The notes beneath the pieces were generated by a model that was not told the origin of the DNA, searched no databases, and worked only from the letters and a program-made list of their open reading frames with translations. Shown piece after piece: positions 29,219-38,494 of a DNA stretch of 64,000 nt. How positions within the stretch are numbered: position 1 is the stretch's first letter; each line of letters begins with the position of its first letter. The translations under genes and the position numbers were made by a program. The stretch comes from Bacteroidales bacterium (GTDB lineage: Bacteria; Bacteroidota; Bacteroidia; Bacteroidales; JAIOZK01), in the NCBI GenBank assembly GCA_021740625.1, contig JAIOZK010000011.1:37964-101963 (forward strand). Direction: 5' to 3'.

Positions 29219-30529
29219 TCAGTCAGCCGTGGACAAAACATATTTTTTTGATAACAAAGCCAGCATGATTCCGCGGGTTAGCATGAATAGCATCATGGCC
29301 AACCATAACCCGTGATTTCCGAGATGATCGCGAAATATATAATAGGAGGGGAGAAAGATCACCAGGGTTGCAATGATGAGCGTATTTCGCATGGGCGCAG
29401 TGGCGGTAGCACCAATAAAAACGCCATCCCAGATAAAAGCGGCAAAAGTCACAATCGGAACCATGGCAATCCAGAATAGAAAGGGCATGGCCCGCTGGAT
29501 AACATTTTCTTCATTGGTAAGCAAGTACAGGAGATTTTCGCCTGCCATAAAATAGAGCAGACTGAAAGGAACACTGATTGAAACACCCCACACGAAAAGT
29601 CTGCGTATAGATTTTTTGAGCAGGCCGGGATTACCGGCCCCCACAAATTTCCCTACCAGTGCTTCGGCAGCATTGGCAAAGCCATCGATAAAATAGGAAA
29701 AAACAAAAAGGTATTGCAGCAAAATGGTATTTACTGCCAGTGTGGCATCTCCCATGCTGGCCGATTCATTCGTAAAAAATGAAAAAGTAAAGATCAGCAA
29801 AAGTGTTCTGATAAAAATATCCCGGTTTACCGTAAAGAATTGCCTGATAGCATCCCAATGTACCATGGCCCTGTATTCCCAATACGCTAAATAATGTTTG
29901 TATTTACGATGGAAAAAGAAGAAAGACATAAGTAATCCTGAATACTGGGCTAAAACGGTCCCCAGGGCAACACCATCGTGCTTCATACCAAAACCATATA
30001 TGAACAAAACATTGAATCCCAAATTCAGTATGTTGATGACAATGGTAATGATCATGGGATATCTGGCATTCTGTATTCCCAGGAACCAACCGGTAAAAGC
30101 ATACAGGGATATGGTGGCGGGTGCAGCAAAAATCCTGATGTGAAAATACTCGGAAGCCAGCACTTCCACTTCTGGACTTCCATCCATAATCCAAAAGCTG
30201 AGAAAGTCCAGGGGATTTTGTAACAGGATCAGCAACAAGCTTCCCAAAACGGCTACCAGCATGGCCCTGGAAAAGATCAGAATGATTTCTTTCTGATCTC
30301 TTCTACCAAATGCCTGGGCAGTAAATCCGCTTGTTCCCATTCTCAGGAAACTGAAGCCCCAATATATAATATTGAATATCATACCCCCAAGAGCAATGGC
30401 TCCGATATAATCCTCTGGCTCGGGAGTGTCGAGATGACCGAGCAATGCCAGATCCACCATGCCCAGGATAGGTACGGAAATATTACTGATGACAAATGGT
30501 ATCGCCAGTTTGAGAATATCCCTGTTCAT
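29219..30529 (-). CDS. MATE-family efflux transporter
   Basis: The profile shows 12 TM helices. The N-terminus ILKLAIPFVISNISVPILGMVDLALLGHL is typical of MATE/DinF-type proteins. Confidence 0.85.
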   Translation of the reverse strand: MNRDILKLAIPFVISNISVPILGMVDLALLGHLDTPEPEDYIGAIALGGMIFNIIYWGFSFLRMGTSGFTAQAFGRRDQKEIILIFSRAMLVAVLGSLLLILLQNPLDFLSFWIMDGSPEVEVLASEYFHIRIFAAPATISLYAFTGWFLGIQNARYPMIITIVINILNLGFNVLFIYGFGMKHDGVALGTVLAQYSGLLMSFFFFHRKYKHYLAYWEYRAMVHWDAIRQFFTVNRDIFIRTLLLIFTFSFFTNESASMGDATLAVNTILLQYLFVFSYFIDGFANAAEALVGKFVGAGNPGLLKKSIRRLFVWGVSISVPFSLLYFMAGENLLYLLTNEENVIQRAMPFLFWIAMVPIVTFAAFIWDGVFIGATATAPMRNTLIIATLVIFLPSYYIFRDHLGNHGLWLAMMLFMLTRGIMLALLSKKYVLSTAD

Positions 30530-30683
30530 CCTTTTCGTTATGAATCTGCGAAATTAATATAATCCGGTAAACATTTTCCCGGTTCGACTGTTTAAGCCTT
30601 ATGTGATCAAAACTGACAAAATTTCAAACGCATGTTTTGGTTTAAAATTTGCAAATAGTAAAAACAGAAAAAATTTAGAGCAT

Positions 30684-31370
30684 ATGAAAAAAATTAGCGG
30701 ATTACTATCAATTGTCCTTTTGTTTGCGCTGGCATCCTGCAACAGTGGACCAAAAGGGAAAAAGGCGGAAACAGGCGAAGCACATTCTGCCAAATCAAGC
30801 AAGATTGAAACAATTACCTATGAACTTAATCCCGATGTCAGTATCATGGAATGGTACGGATCAAAACCTACGGGTGATCATTATGGTACGGTAAATTTTG
30901 CCAGGGGTTTTCTTGAAGTCGCCGATGGCCAACTTGTAGGAGGAACCATTATGATTGACATGAAAAGCATAAAAAATGAAGACTTGAAAGACAGCCCTGA
31001 GTATCAAAAAAAACTGGTGGATCATTTGAAGTCAACAGATTTTTTCAATGTAAACAGTTACCCGGAGGCACTGTTTGAAATCGTTGAGGTAGAAAGACTG
31101 GAGAACCCGGAAAGCCAGGAAGGCGTTACGCCAACCCACAAAATTAAAGGCAACCTAACCATCAAAGGTATTACAAAAGGCATTACTTTCGATGCCATGG
31201 TAAATACGGAATCCGGGGAAATAACCGCCATTACACCCCAATTCATCATCGACAGGACTGAATGGGATGTGAAGTATAAATCAAAAAAGTTTTTTGACGA
31301 TCTGAAGGACCAATTCATCCATGATGATATTGGACTCACAATAGAATTGAAAGCAAATAAGAGAAGTTAA
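30684..31370 (+). CDS. YceI-family periplasmic lipoprotein
   Basis: A lipoprotein signal (LLFALASC) starts at the Met at 30684. YceI-like motifs are present (S.MEWYGSKPTGDHYGTV, LKS.DFF.V..YPEA.F, G.LTIKGITK). The ORF track start at 30603 is probably too far upstream. Confidence 0.8.
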   Translation: MKKISGLLSIVLLFALASCNSGPKGKKAETGEAHSAKSSKIETITYELNPDVSIMEWYGSKPTGDHYGTVNFARGFLEVADGQLVGGTIMIDMKSIKNEDLKDSPEYQKKLVDHLKSTDFFNVNSYPEALFEIVEVERLENPESQEGVTPTHKIKGNLTIKGITKGITFDAMVNTESGEITAITPQFIIDRTEWDVKYKSKKFFDDLKDQFIHDDIGLTIELKANKRS

Positions 31371-31411
31371 TTGAAACAGCCCAATCGGGCGCATCGATAA
31401 TACAAATATCT

Positions 31412-31441
31412 AAAAGACCGGCCTTGCACCCGGTCTTTTTT
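31412..31441 (+). terminator. Rho-independent terminator after the YceI gene
   Basis: A 10-bp stem (AAAAGACCGG and CCGGTCTTTT) flanks the loop ccttgcac and runs into a T-tract. Confidence 0.7.
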
Positions 31442-31477
31442 AGCTTATAAGAACAAAATTCGTAATATTGCTGTTAA

Positions 31478-31645
31478 ATGATTATACAATTATTCATATT
31501 TGCAATCTTGTTCCTGGTGCTGGGCATAATATTTCTGCTAAAAAAGAGAAGGATACTTGGGTGGATGTTTATGTTGTTGTCAGTATTTGCCTTTGTGATC
31601 GGATTAATCGTTGTTTCCATTTATCCGCATACATTACCATTCTAA
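31478..31645 (+). CDS. Unlisted 55-aa two-TM small membrane protein
   Basis: Manual translation gives MIIQLFIFAILFLVLGIIFLLKKRRILGWMFMLLSVFAFVIGLIVVSIYPHTLPF. That is two hydrophobic helices separated by a KKRR loop. It is below the 60-aa cutoff of the ORF track and more protein-like than the overlapping listed ORF 31468..31677. Confidence 0.35.
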   Translation: MIIQLFIFAILFLVLGIIFLLKKRRILGWMFMLLSVFAFVIGLIVVSIYPHTLPF

Positions 31646-31786
31646 AGAAATTCCTGCAAGAGAAAGTTAAAGAATGACCGGTTTTAATCCACATCCATGT
31701 TCGCTTCGGCTAAACGAGCATGTATGGTTTAATTAATCCTTGCCCCGTGTTAGAAAATGTGTTCCGGAATTGGGTTTTAATACCGT

Positions 31787-32350
31787 TTATTCAGATGCAG
31801 AATCCTGGTCAGCCTTCGACCTGATTATTTCCTGGCAGCGTATGCAGGGATCATATGGCTGCTGATCAATTTCTTCCACGTATGTATTTCCGCGCATCAC
31901 ACAATCAGGATTTACACAATGCACCAGTCCGAAAGTATGTCCGAGTTCATGGATCACAACTTTTATCATACGTTCTATCAATAATTCTTCATGAGGTTCA
32001 AGACCGTATTGTTCGTTGCGAAGGCGGAAAATGGATACAACACCTTTATCACCTTTAAAAAGGGCCTGCCCGAAGATATAGGTTAATATGGGGATAAAGA
32101 GATCAACCCGCAACAAAGCAATTGTTTTTATAGCAGAGGTTTTGGGAAGCTCTGTCAGATAATGTAAAATCTTATTAGCGTCATATTGTCTTCGTTCAGG
32201 CACGTAAAATTCATTCAGATCGTGATTACACTCACTGATCATAACCGGGTATCCGAAAACCTGCATCACCTTGTCTGCAAGCATATCCAGATAATATTTC
32301 TCAAAGGGTCCGTGTGAAATTAATAATATGTGTCGTTTCGCGAAGACCAA
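31787..32350 (-). CDS. Archaemetzincin-like zinc metalloprotease
   Basis: The motif HELGHTFGLVHC (HExxHxxGxxHC) is followed by Cys pairs (NPDCVM, DPCIRC), which is typical of archaemetzincins. Confidence 0.75.
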   Translation of the reverse strand: MVFAKRHILLISHGPFEKYYLDMLADKVMQVFGYPVMISECNHDLNEFYVPERRQYDANKILHYLTELPKTSAIKTIALLRVDLFIPILTYIFGQALFKGDKGVVSIFRLRNEQYGLEPHEELLIERMIKVVIHELGHTFGLVHCVNPDCVMRGNTYVEEIDQQPYDPCIRCQEIIRSKADQDSASE

Positions 32351-32390
32351 GGCAAGCTTCTTTAGATCAAATTCAATCCTTCTGCAAACA

Positions 32391-33737
32391 TCAGGTTTTC
32401 TTTCCTTTCTTCAGTCCGTACTTTCGAATCTTATTATACAATGTAACCCTGTCTATCTTCAAAGCACGCGCTGATCTGGATATATTCCAGTTATACTTGA
32501 TCAATGTTTCATGGATATATTTTTTTTCAAGGTCGTGCAGGCTTTCAAAAGATGTATTGACGGATTCCTTTCCAAGTGGCAGATCTTTCAGGAGGATTTC
32601 CTTTCCGTTTCCGACAACAATGGCCCTTTCGATCATATTTTCAAGTTCACGTACATTTCCCGGAAAATCGTATTCCTGCAATCTTTTCAGGGCTGCATCA
32701 TCAATTCCCACAATATTGCGGCTCATGGAAGTACAATATTTCTTGATAAAATGGCTCACCAGTTCGGGTATATCCTCATTCCTTTCGCGCAGAGGAGGGA
32801 TCTCTATGTTAAGGACGTTCAGCCTGTAGTAAAGGTCTTCCCTGAACTCTCCCGAATCTACCATCTTTTTCAAATTACGATTGGTTGCAGAGATCACCCT
32901 GAAATCTGATTCAATTTCCCTGTTACCGCCAACCCTCATGAATTTCTTTGTTTCTAAGACGCGCAACAATTCTACCTGCATTTTGGGAGATATTGTAGCG
33001 ATTTCATCCAAAAAGATACTTCCTCCATCCGCCATTTCGAATCTTCCTTTGCGGTTGAACATAGCCCCGGTAAATGCTCCTTTTTCATGTCCAAACAGTT
33101 CGCTTTCCAGGAGACTTTCTGTAAGTGCGCCACAATGTACAGTTACCATTGGAAAATACTTTCTCGGAGAGTTGGAATGAATAGCCTTTGCGATGAGTTC
33201 TTTTCCCGTACCACTTTCTCCAGTTATAATCACCGATGAATTGGATGGCGCTACATTTTCTACTTCTTTCAGCACTTTAACCATGGCCTTGCTGTTTCCA
33301 ACAATGTCATCTATGTTTTCAAGAGAAATGATTTTATTCTTGAGAGCTTCATTTTCTGATTGCAGGTTAATCTGATCGGCTGCATTTCGGATCAGGTGAG
33401 AAAGATCATCAGGATCGAATGGCTTTGTAATATAATCATATGCACCATCTTTCAATGCCTGCACAGCGGTCTCAACGGAAGCAAAAGCAGTCATGATAAT
33501 GACAATTGACTCTTTGTTTAGTGCTTTGATCCTGCGGTGCATTTCCAATCCGTCCATTCCCGGCATCTTGATATCGGCCAGGATGATGTTATATTTTCTG
33601 GATTCCAGCATGGAAAGTGCTTCTTTGGCATTTTCAGCACAGTCAACATAGTAGCCATCTTCAATAAACCAGTTATAAAGGGAATCTCTTACCGATTCCT
33701 CGTCATCAACAATCAGCAGGGAGATTTTCTTTGTCAT
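32391..33737 (-). CDS. Sigma-54-dependent response regulator (NtrC family)
   Basis: It has a receiver domain (LIVDDE...DIKMPGMDG) and an AAA+ domain with Walker A GESGTGKE. The GAFTGA loop and a C-terminal Fis-type HTH are also present. Confidence 0.95.
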   Translation of the reverse strand: MTKKISLLIVDDEESVRDSLYNWFIEDGYYVDCAENAKEALSMLESRKYNIILADIKMPGMDGLEMHRRIKALNKESIVIIMTAFASVETAVQALKDGAYDYITKPFDPDDLSHLIRNAADQINLQSENEALKNKIISLENIDDIVGNSKAMVKVLKEVENVAPSNSSVIITGESGTGKELIAKAIHSNSPRKYFPMVTVHCGALTESLLESELFGHEKGAFTGAMFNRKGRFEMADGGSIFLDEIATISPKMQVELLRVLETKKFMRVGGNREIESDFRVISATNRNLKKMVDSGEFREDLYYRLNVLNIEIPPLRERNEDIPELVSHFIKKYCTSMSRNIVGIDDAALKRLQEYDFPGNVRELENMIERAIVVGNGKEILLKDLPLGKESVNTSFESLHDLEKKYIHETLIKYNWNISRSARALKIDRVTLYNKIRKYGLKKGKKT

Positions 33738-35416
33738 TTTATATCCTCTTTTTTGGCAAGGGGAAAAAGGATGGATATCCTGGTTCCTTTGCCCGGTTTC
33801 GAATCAATCTCAATTTTTCCTTTGTGACTCTGAACAATTCCATGTACAATAGATAGTCCCAGACCTATACCACTGGTTTTTTGTTTGGAAGAGAAAAAGG
33901 GTTCAAAGATATGTTGCTGATCCTCTTCAGGAATACCAACCCCATTGTCGGTAAAATCCACTTGTACCTGCCCGGTTTCAGTATTGCTTGTACGGATCAG
34001 AATTTCCCCGTTCTCGGAAACAGCTTCCGATGCATTTACCAGCATGGCGACGGCAGCTTGTTTTATCTGGTTTTCATTACAATAAACAAGGTCATAATCG
34101 GCTTTAAAATCCGTATAAAAGTAAATGTTTGCCATCTTCATCTGGTGGGCCATTAAATTGTAGGTATCCTTCAATAATTTATGAATGTGATGATTCCGGA
34201 AGTTTTTCTGGTCATCCCTTGAAAAATCCAGCAAACCTTTCACTATTTCACCACATCTTTTTGTTTCAGATTCAATGATGCCCAGATATTTCAGCATGGA
34301 AGACTTGGAAGCATTCTCCAGCTCGAGCTTGTCGATTTGTTTGTGCACCAGTTTGGTATATGTTAAAACACCGGAAAGCGGATTGTTGATCTCATGGGCA
34401 ACGGATGAAGAAAGCTTGCCCAGGCTGGCGATCCTTTCCATATGGATCAACTCATTTTGTATATTGGATAATTCTTCGGATTTCTTTTGTACTTTATATT
34501 CCAATTGATGAGACCAGTTTTGCAGCTCCTTATTGGCTTTGTTCAGGTTGTCAAGCATGTTATTAAATGCAATGGAAACCATTTTCATATCATACAAAAG
34601 TCCCGGTTTGATTTCAAGTCTTGTGCTTCTGTTACCACTGGCAACGGCTTCACTTGCCTGCAAAATAGATGTAAGGGGATTTTTGATCTTTTTACGGGTA
34701 AAGATGATCATCAGGACTACCATCAGAAAAGTGGTAATGATTGCCAGTAAAAAAAAGTTCCTGGAATTTGACGAAACGGTAGCATCCAGGCGATCAAGAG
34801 GCACTTTTATTATCAATGAACCAAGTACCTTCTCATCTGGCTGGTGATAATGACAGGCGCTGGTATAACAGGATCGCTCATTATAAATAGGAGAGCGGAT
34901 CATCAGTTGGCGGTGCCCTTCACCAGTAGAAGTCATTCGACAGGCATGCTCTTCATCAACGATCCGGTATGATTTATCTTCACCGGGAAAAAGGGAGCTG
35001 ATATTATCGTGACATGTTATACAATTAGGATTGATCTGATCGCTTTCATTATATGGCAGGGTTGAATAAGCCAGTTGGTCTTTATTATCATACATATTCA
35101 CTTCATCAATTCCATCCATTTTATTGATGATGTCCAGTGTACTTTGTAATTCACCTTTGTCGTTTGTAAGCATAGAATGATAAAGCGCTCCCTCAACGAT
35201 AGAACCGATATTACTCCCGTTCTGATGTATGGAAGTATTCATGTAATTCTTGCATACCGACCTGAATATCAATCCAAATGAAACAAATAGAATGATTGAG
35301 GTTATACTGATAATGTAAATAACCCTTCCGAAGACAGAGGAATGGAAACGCAGGAATTTTTCATAAAACCTGTACATCTTATTGTTGTATTGCTCCGGTT
35401 GGTTCAAGTTATTCAC
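33734..35416 (-). CDS. Sensor histidine kinase with a Cys/His-motif periplasmic loop, HAMP and HisKA/HATPase domains
   Basis: TM1 spans about aa 31-51. The periplasmic loop carries CITCH (35009-35023) and CYTSACH (34850-34870). TM2, HAMP, an H-box (SSVAHEINNPL) and G-boxes (DNGVGI, GIGLGL) follow. It overlaps the regulator gene by 4 nt. Confidence 0.9.
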   Translation of the reverse strand: MNNLNQPEQYNNKMYRFYEKFLRFHSSVFGRVIYIISITSIILFVSFGLIFRSVCKNYMNTSIHQNGSNIGSIVEGALYHSMLTNDKGELQSTLDIINKMDGIDEVNMYDNKDQLAYSTLPYNESDQINPNCITCHDNISSLFPGEDKSYRIVDEEHACRMTSTGEGHRQLMIRSPIYNERSCYTSACHYHQPDEKVLGSLIIKVPLDRLDATVSSNSRNFFLLAIITTFLMVVLMIIFTRKKIKNPLTSILQASEAVASGNRSTRLEIKPGLLYDMKMVSIAFNNMLDNLNKANKELQNWSHQLEYKVQKKSEELSNIQNELIHMERIASLGKLSSSVAHEINNPLSGVLTYTKLVHKQIDKLELENASKSSMLKYLGIIESETKRCGEIVKGLLDFSRDDQKNFRNHHIHKLLKDTYNLMAHQMKMANIYFYTDFKADYDLVYCNENQIKQAAVAMLVNASEAVSENGEILIRTSNTETGQVQVDFTDNGVGIPEEDQQHIFEPFFSSKQKTSGIGLGLSIVHGIVQSHKGKIEIDSKPGKGTRISILFPLAKKEDIK

Positions 35417-35697
35417 TGGAATTTAATCGTTTAAACCTTATGAAAGCAATATACAAAAAAAACTTAGATATATAAAACAATTAAGTATTATTTGTATAAA
35501 ATTTAAACAATGCCCCACACTGAAATTCCCTTAAAAAATCCTTTCAGGTCTCTTCATACAGGATGTTCGGGATATTGCACATTACCACTTCGCCTTGCTG
35601 TTATACCAACATTCACAGTGTAGAATATTTCATCATGCTGCCGGTAAAAAGGTTAAGTGAATTCTGTATAGTACTAATTTGTTTCACAAGATTTTGA

Positions 35698-37389
35698 TTA
35701 TTTGATCTCGGCGTTATCGATGAATTTACTCTGGAAATCATCCCAAACTTCCGGTCCGAGATTTTGCAACACATGGTCTGTGATTTCCCCACCATCCTGA
35801 AAAGCAATATTGGCTTCTTTTAAATGAATGGTATTCAGATTAATAGCCAGGAAATCTCTCAGTCTCTGAATTTCAGTTTTAATCCAATTTTTATATTGAT
35901 CAGCCATTTGCAAAAACTGAATCTCACGGGTCCAGTTGGAGGGTTCAATTTTGAAAATCCATCCTTTTTGAAAGGGGGAAGTGTTGATCAGAGAAGGTTT
36001 TTTTTCTATTTCTAAGTTTACTTCCCTGATTACACCGGATACGGGTGCATAGATCTCAATTTGTTTCCCATCCTGCAGAAGGCTTACAATCTTTTCGTTC
36101 TTATTGATCCTTTCACCAGGACGTTTCAGCTTAACATTTGTAAATATTCCAGTAACCCGTTGCAGGAAATCATCTATCCCAACTTTCACCTTGCCGTCTT
36201 TTTCAAGAAAAGCCCAGGTATGGGTTTTATCAAAATACAATCCGGCAGGCACCTCTATCCGGTTTTCGTTCAAAATTCCAATGGTCCTGGGTACTTCCGG
36301 TTCAACCTCTTTCTTTCTGCCAACAGCACGATAAATTAATCCAAACAAAATACCGGCAATGACCAGGGCTATTGCAACATATAAAAATATCCTGGCACCG
36401 GAATAATCTTCTTTCTCCAATTCAGTAACAACATCTGTTTCGACCAGACTCGAAATCTTAGCGTTCCTTTCGCTGCTAAAAAGTTCGGTATACCCCTGTT
36501 CGGCCAATAATTTTTGACCTTCCGTGAGGATCCACTTCAGCAATTCCTGTTCTGCTTCGGTTCCAGGTTTGTTTGCAGCGATGGCATAAACATGACTTAC
36601 CAGTTGAGGCGGAAACTTACCGACCCAGATACCCCGGCTGAAATGATTTGGATCATTGTAAATGTTTTCAAAATAATCAATTTTACCATTGGCATTTCGA
36701 TCGATGGGAAGCAATTTTATTTTCTCTGGAAAACAGTTTTTTTCCGGATCAAGAATATCGTTCAAGTTGCAAAATGCAAGCGCTGCTGCATCCTGCTGAA
36801 CGGCCTCCCTGAGTTCTACCATTCCTTTAACCGCACTTCCCATTATCTCAAGATTTTCCTCACCGAGAAAACCATGCAGTTGTTCCTGAGCAATTTTGCC
36901 TTCAACATAATAATAATGTACAGGAAGAGGTGACTTATCTTCATCAATGATTTCCCAACCCTTGTTTCCGGACCTGCTGATCACAGTCGAGAGTTGTGCG
37001 GGCGACATACCTCTTTCTTCTATGGTGGCCGCAAAAGGATTTTCGGTATTATAAACCGGAACAATCACTTCCTTTGCCAAAGGCATGCACCAGCAATTTT
37101 TATCATTCAAATTACTATAAAATCTTCCGGAAAGGATGGCAAGGTCAAATTCTTCCATTGATTTGTTGTTTAATTGATCCGCTTCAACGGCAGCAATTTG
37201 GATCGAAGCTCCCGGGTGTACAGCTTCAAAGTCCCTTATCCATTGTTTTGCAAGTTCTAGGAGATCAGAAGAAACTGCAATCTGGATTTCATCTGCATTT
37301 TCTTTCTGGTCCTTTTGGGGTGCGACAAATGCGAAAGAAAAGATCAAAAGAAAAAATATAATGCCTGTGAATAATTTTCGCTTTTTCAT
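35698..37389 (-). CDS. Fusion protein: periplasmic PstS/PBP-like domain, one TM helix, and a cytoplasmic glycine-cleavage-H-like domain
   Basis: A signal peptide and a PBP-like N-terminal half are followed by the TM IFLYVAIALVIAGILFGLIYRAV and then GRKK. The C-terminal segment THTWAFLEKDGKVKVGIDDF...IYAPVSGVIREVN...SPFQKGWIFKIEP resembles GcvH. Confidence 0.7.
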   Translation of the reverse strand: MKKRKLFTGIIFFLLIFSFAFVAPQKDQKENADEIQIAVSSDLLELAKQWIRDFEAVHPGASIQIAAVEADQLNNKSMEEFDLAILSGRFYSNLNDKNCWCMPLAKEVIVPVYNTENPFAATIEERGMSPAQLSTVISRSGNKGWEIIDEDKSPLPVHYYYVEGKIAQEQLHGFLGEENLEIMGSAVKGMVELREAVQQDAAALAFCNLNDILDPEKNCFPEKIKLLPIDRNANGKIDYFENIYNDPNHFSRGIWVGKFPPQLVSHVYAIAANKPGTEAEQELLKWILTEGQKLLAEQGYTELFSSERNAKISSLVETDVVTELEKEDYSGARIFLYVAIALVIAGILFGLIYRAVGRKKEVEPEVPRTIGILNENRIEVPAGLYFDKTHTWAFLEKDGKVKVGIDDFLQRVTGIFTNVKLKRPGERINKNEKIVSLLQDGKQIEIYAPVSGVIREVNLEIEKKPSLINTSPFQKGWIFKIEPSNWTREIQFLQMADQYKNWIKTEIQRLRDFLAINLNTIHLKEANIAFQDGGEITDHVLQNLGPEVWDDFQSKFIDNAEIK

Positions 37390-37739
37390 AATACCGGGAT
37401 TTTATCTGATTCATAGAATAATTTCGAAAACCTATTTTCTATTTTCATACCAAATAAATCTATAAGTCTTATTTCGCTGTATTTTAACTTTTTACAAGGG
37501 ATAATAATGAATTTCTTAATAGGTCTAAATGTTGATATACTAAACACTTTATATAAAATATACCCACCGTATCATACCAGGAAAGGCTTCCAGGGTTTTG
37601 TTTAATTTCACTACAATGTTTATTTTTTCAACTATTATTCCTGCAAGACACGATTAGAGGCTATTATGAGAATAGTATAACGATTGATAAACCAATAAAG
37701 GAATCGTTCAGAAGTTCTATCAGAGAAAAGCAGAATGAA

Positions 37740-38471
37740 TCATCTCAGGAAATACTCTCTGTAAAGGGCAGCCATACCAATGCTGAAATAAACCATACTA
37801 CCATGGTAATATTCATTGTATATACTATTTCCCAGGGGCATGTTTAAACCAAATCCGATTCGCAAGCTGGTGTAATAATGATCCTTGTTGTTGATGCGCA
37901 CATGCTCATCCATGATAATGGCAGGCTTAATATCAATGATAAAACCCAATTTGTAGTAGGGAAGAAAAGGCTCATTTTCAATATTGTAGTTCTCACCGAA
38001 TAAAGTTGAAGTCATCAACTGAACACCCAGTCCGGCAACAGGAGCCGCCAGAAAGTTCTTGGAATCCAGCATGGTATATCCTACATTTACCCCACCGGCA
38101 ACCGACAACACAAATTTATTTTCTTTCCACTCAAATCCATTATCAAAGAACATGCTTTGTTTCACCTTGTTAAAACCCAGCAGGCCTTCCAGTTGTATCA
38201 GAAGATTTGCATGATGAATATCCATATCAAAACCCAGCATGAAAGGATTCGAGAAATACCGGGAGTGATTTCCATCCAGGATGCCATAGGCTGCATATAG
38301 CGCTCCGCCGGAAGCCCGGTTGGAGACCAGGATATCTTCATCATGTATCTCAAGACTTTTCCCATAGATCAGGAGTGAATCCTCATTGAATTCTTGTGCG
38401 GTTAAGGAAGCAGGCAAGCAAAAGCCCAGAAAGAAAAAAAATATCCTCATAGCATTTTTTCGTGTTTTCAT
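37740..38471 (-). CDS. Outer-membrane beta-barrel protein (hypothetical)
   Basis: It has a signal peptide (FFFFLGFCLPASLTAQ) and a beta-strand periodicity. Confidence 0.55.
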   Translation of the reverse strand: MKTRKNAMRIFFFFLGFCLPASLTAQEFNEDSLLIYGKSLEIHDEDILVSNRASGGALYAAYGILDGNHSRYFSNPFMLGFDMDIHHANLLIQLEGLLGFNKVKQSMFFDNGFEWKENKFVLSVAGGVNVGYTMLDSKNFLAAPVAGLGVQLMTSTLFGENYNIENEPFLPYYKLGFIIDIKPAIIMDEHVRINNKDHYYTSLRIGFGLNMPLGNSIYNEYYHGSMVYFSIGMAALYREYFLR

Positions 38472-38494
38472 GATGATTTATGAACCAATTATTT

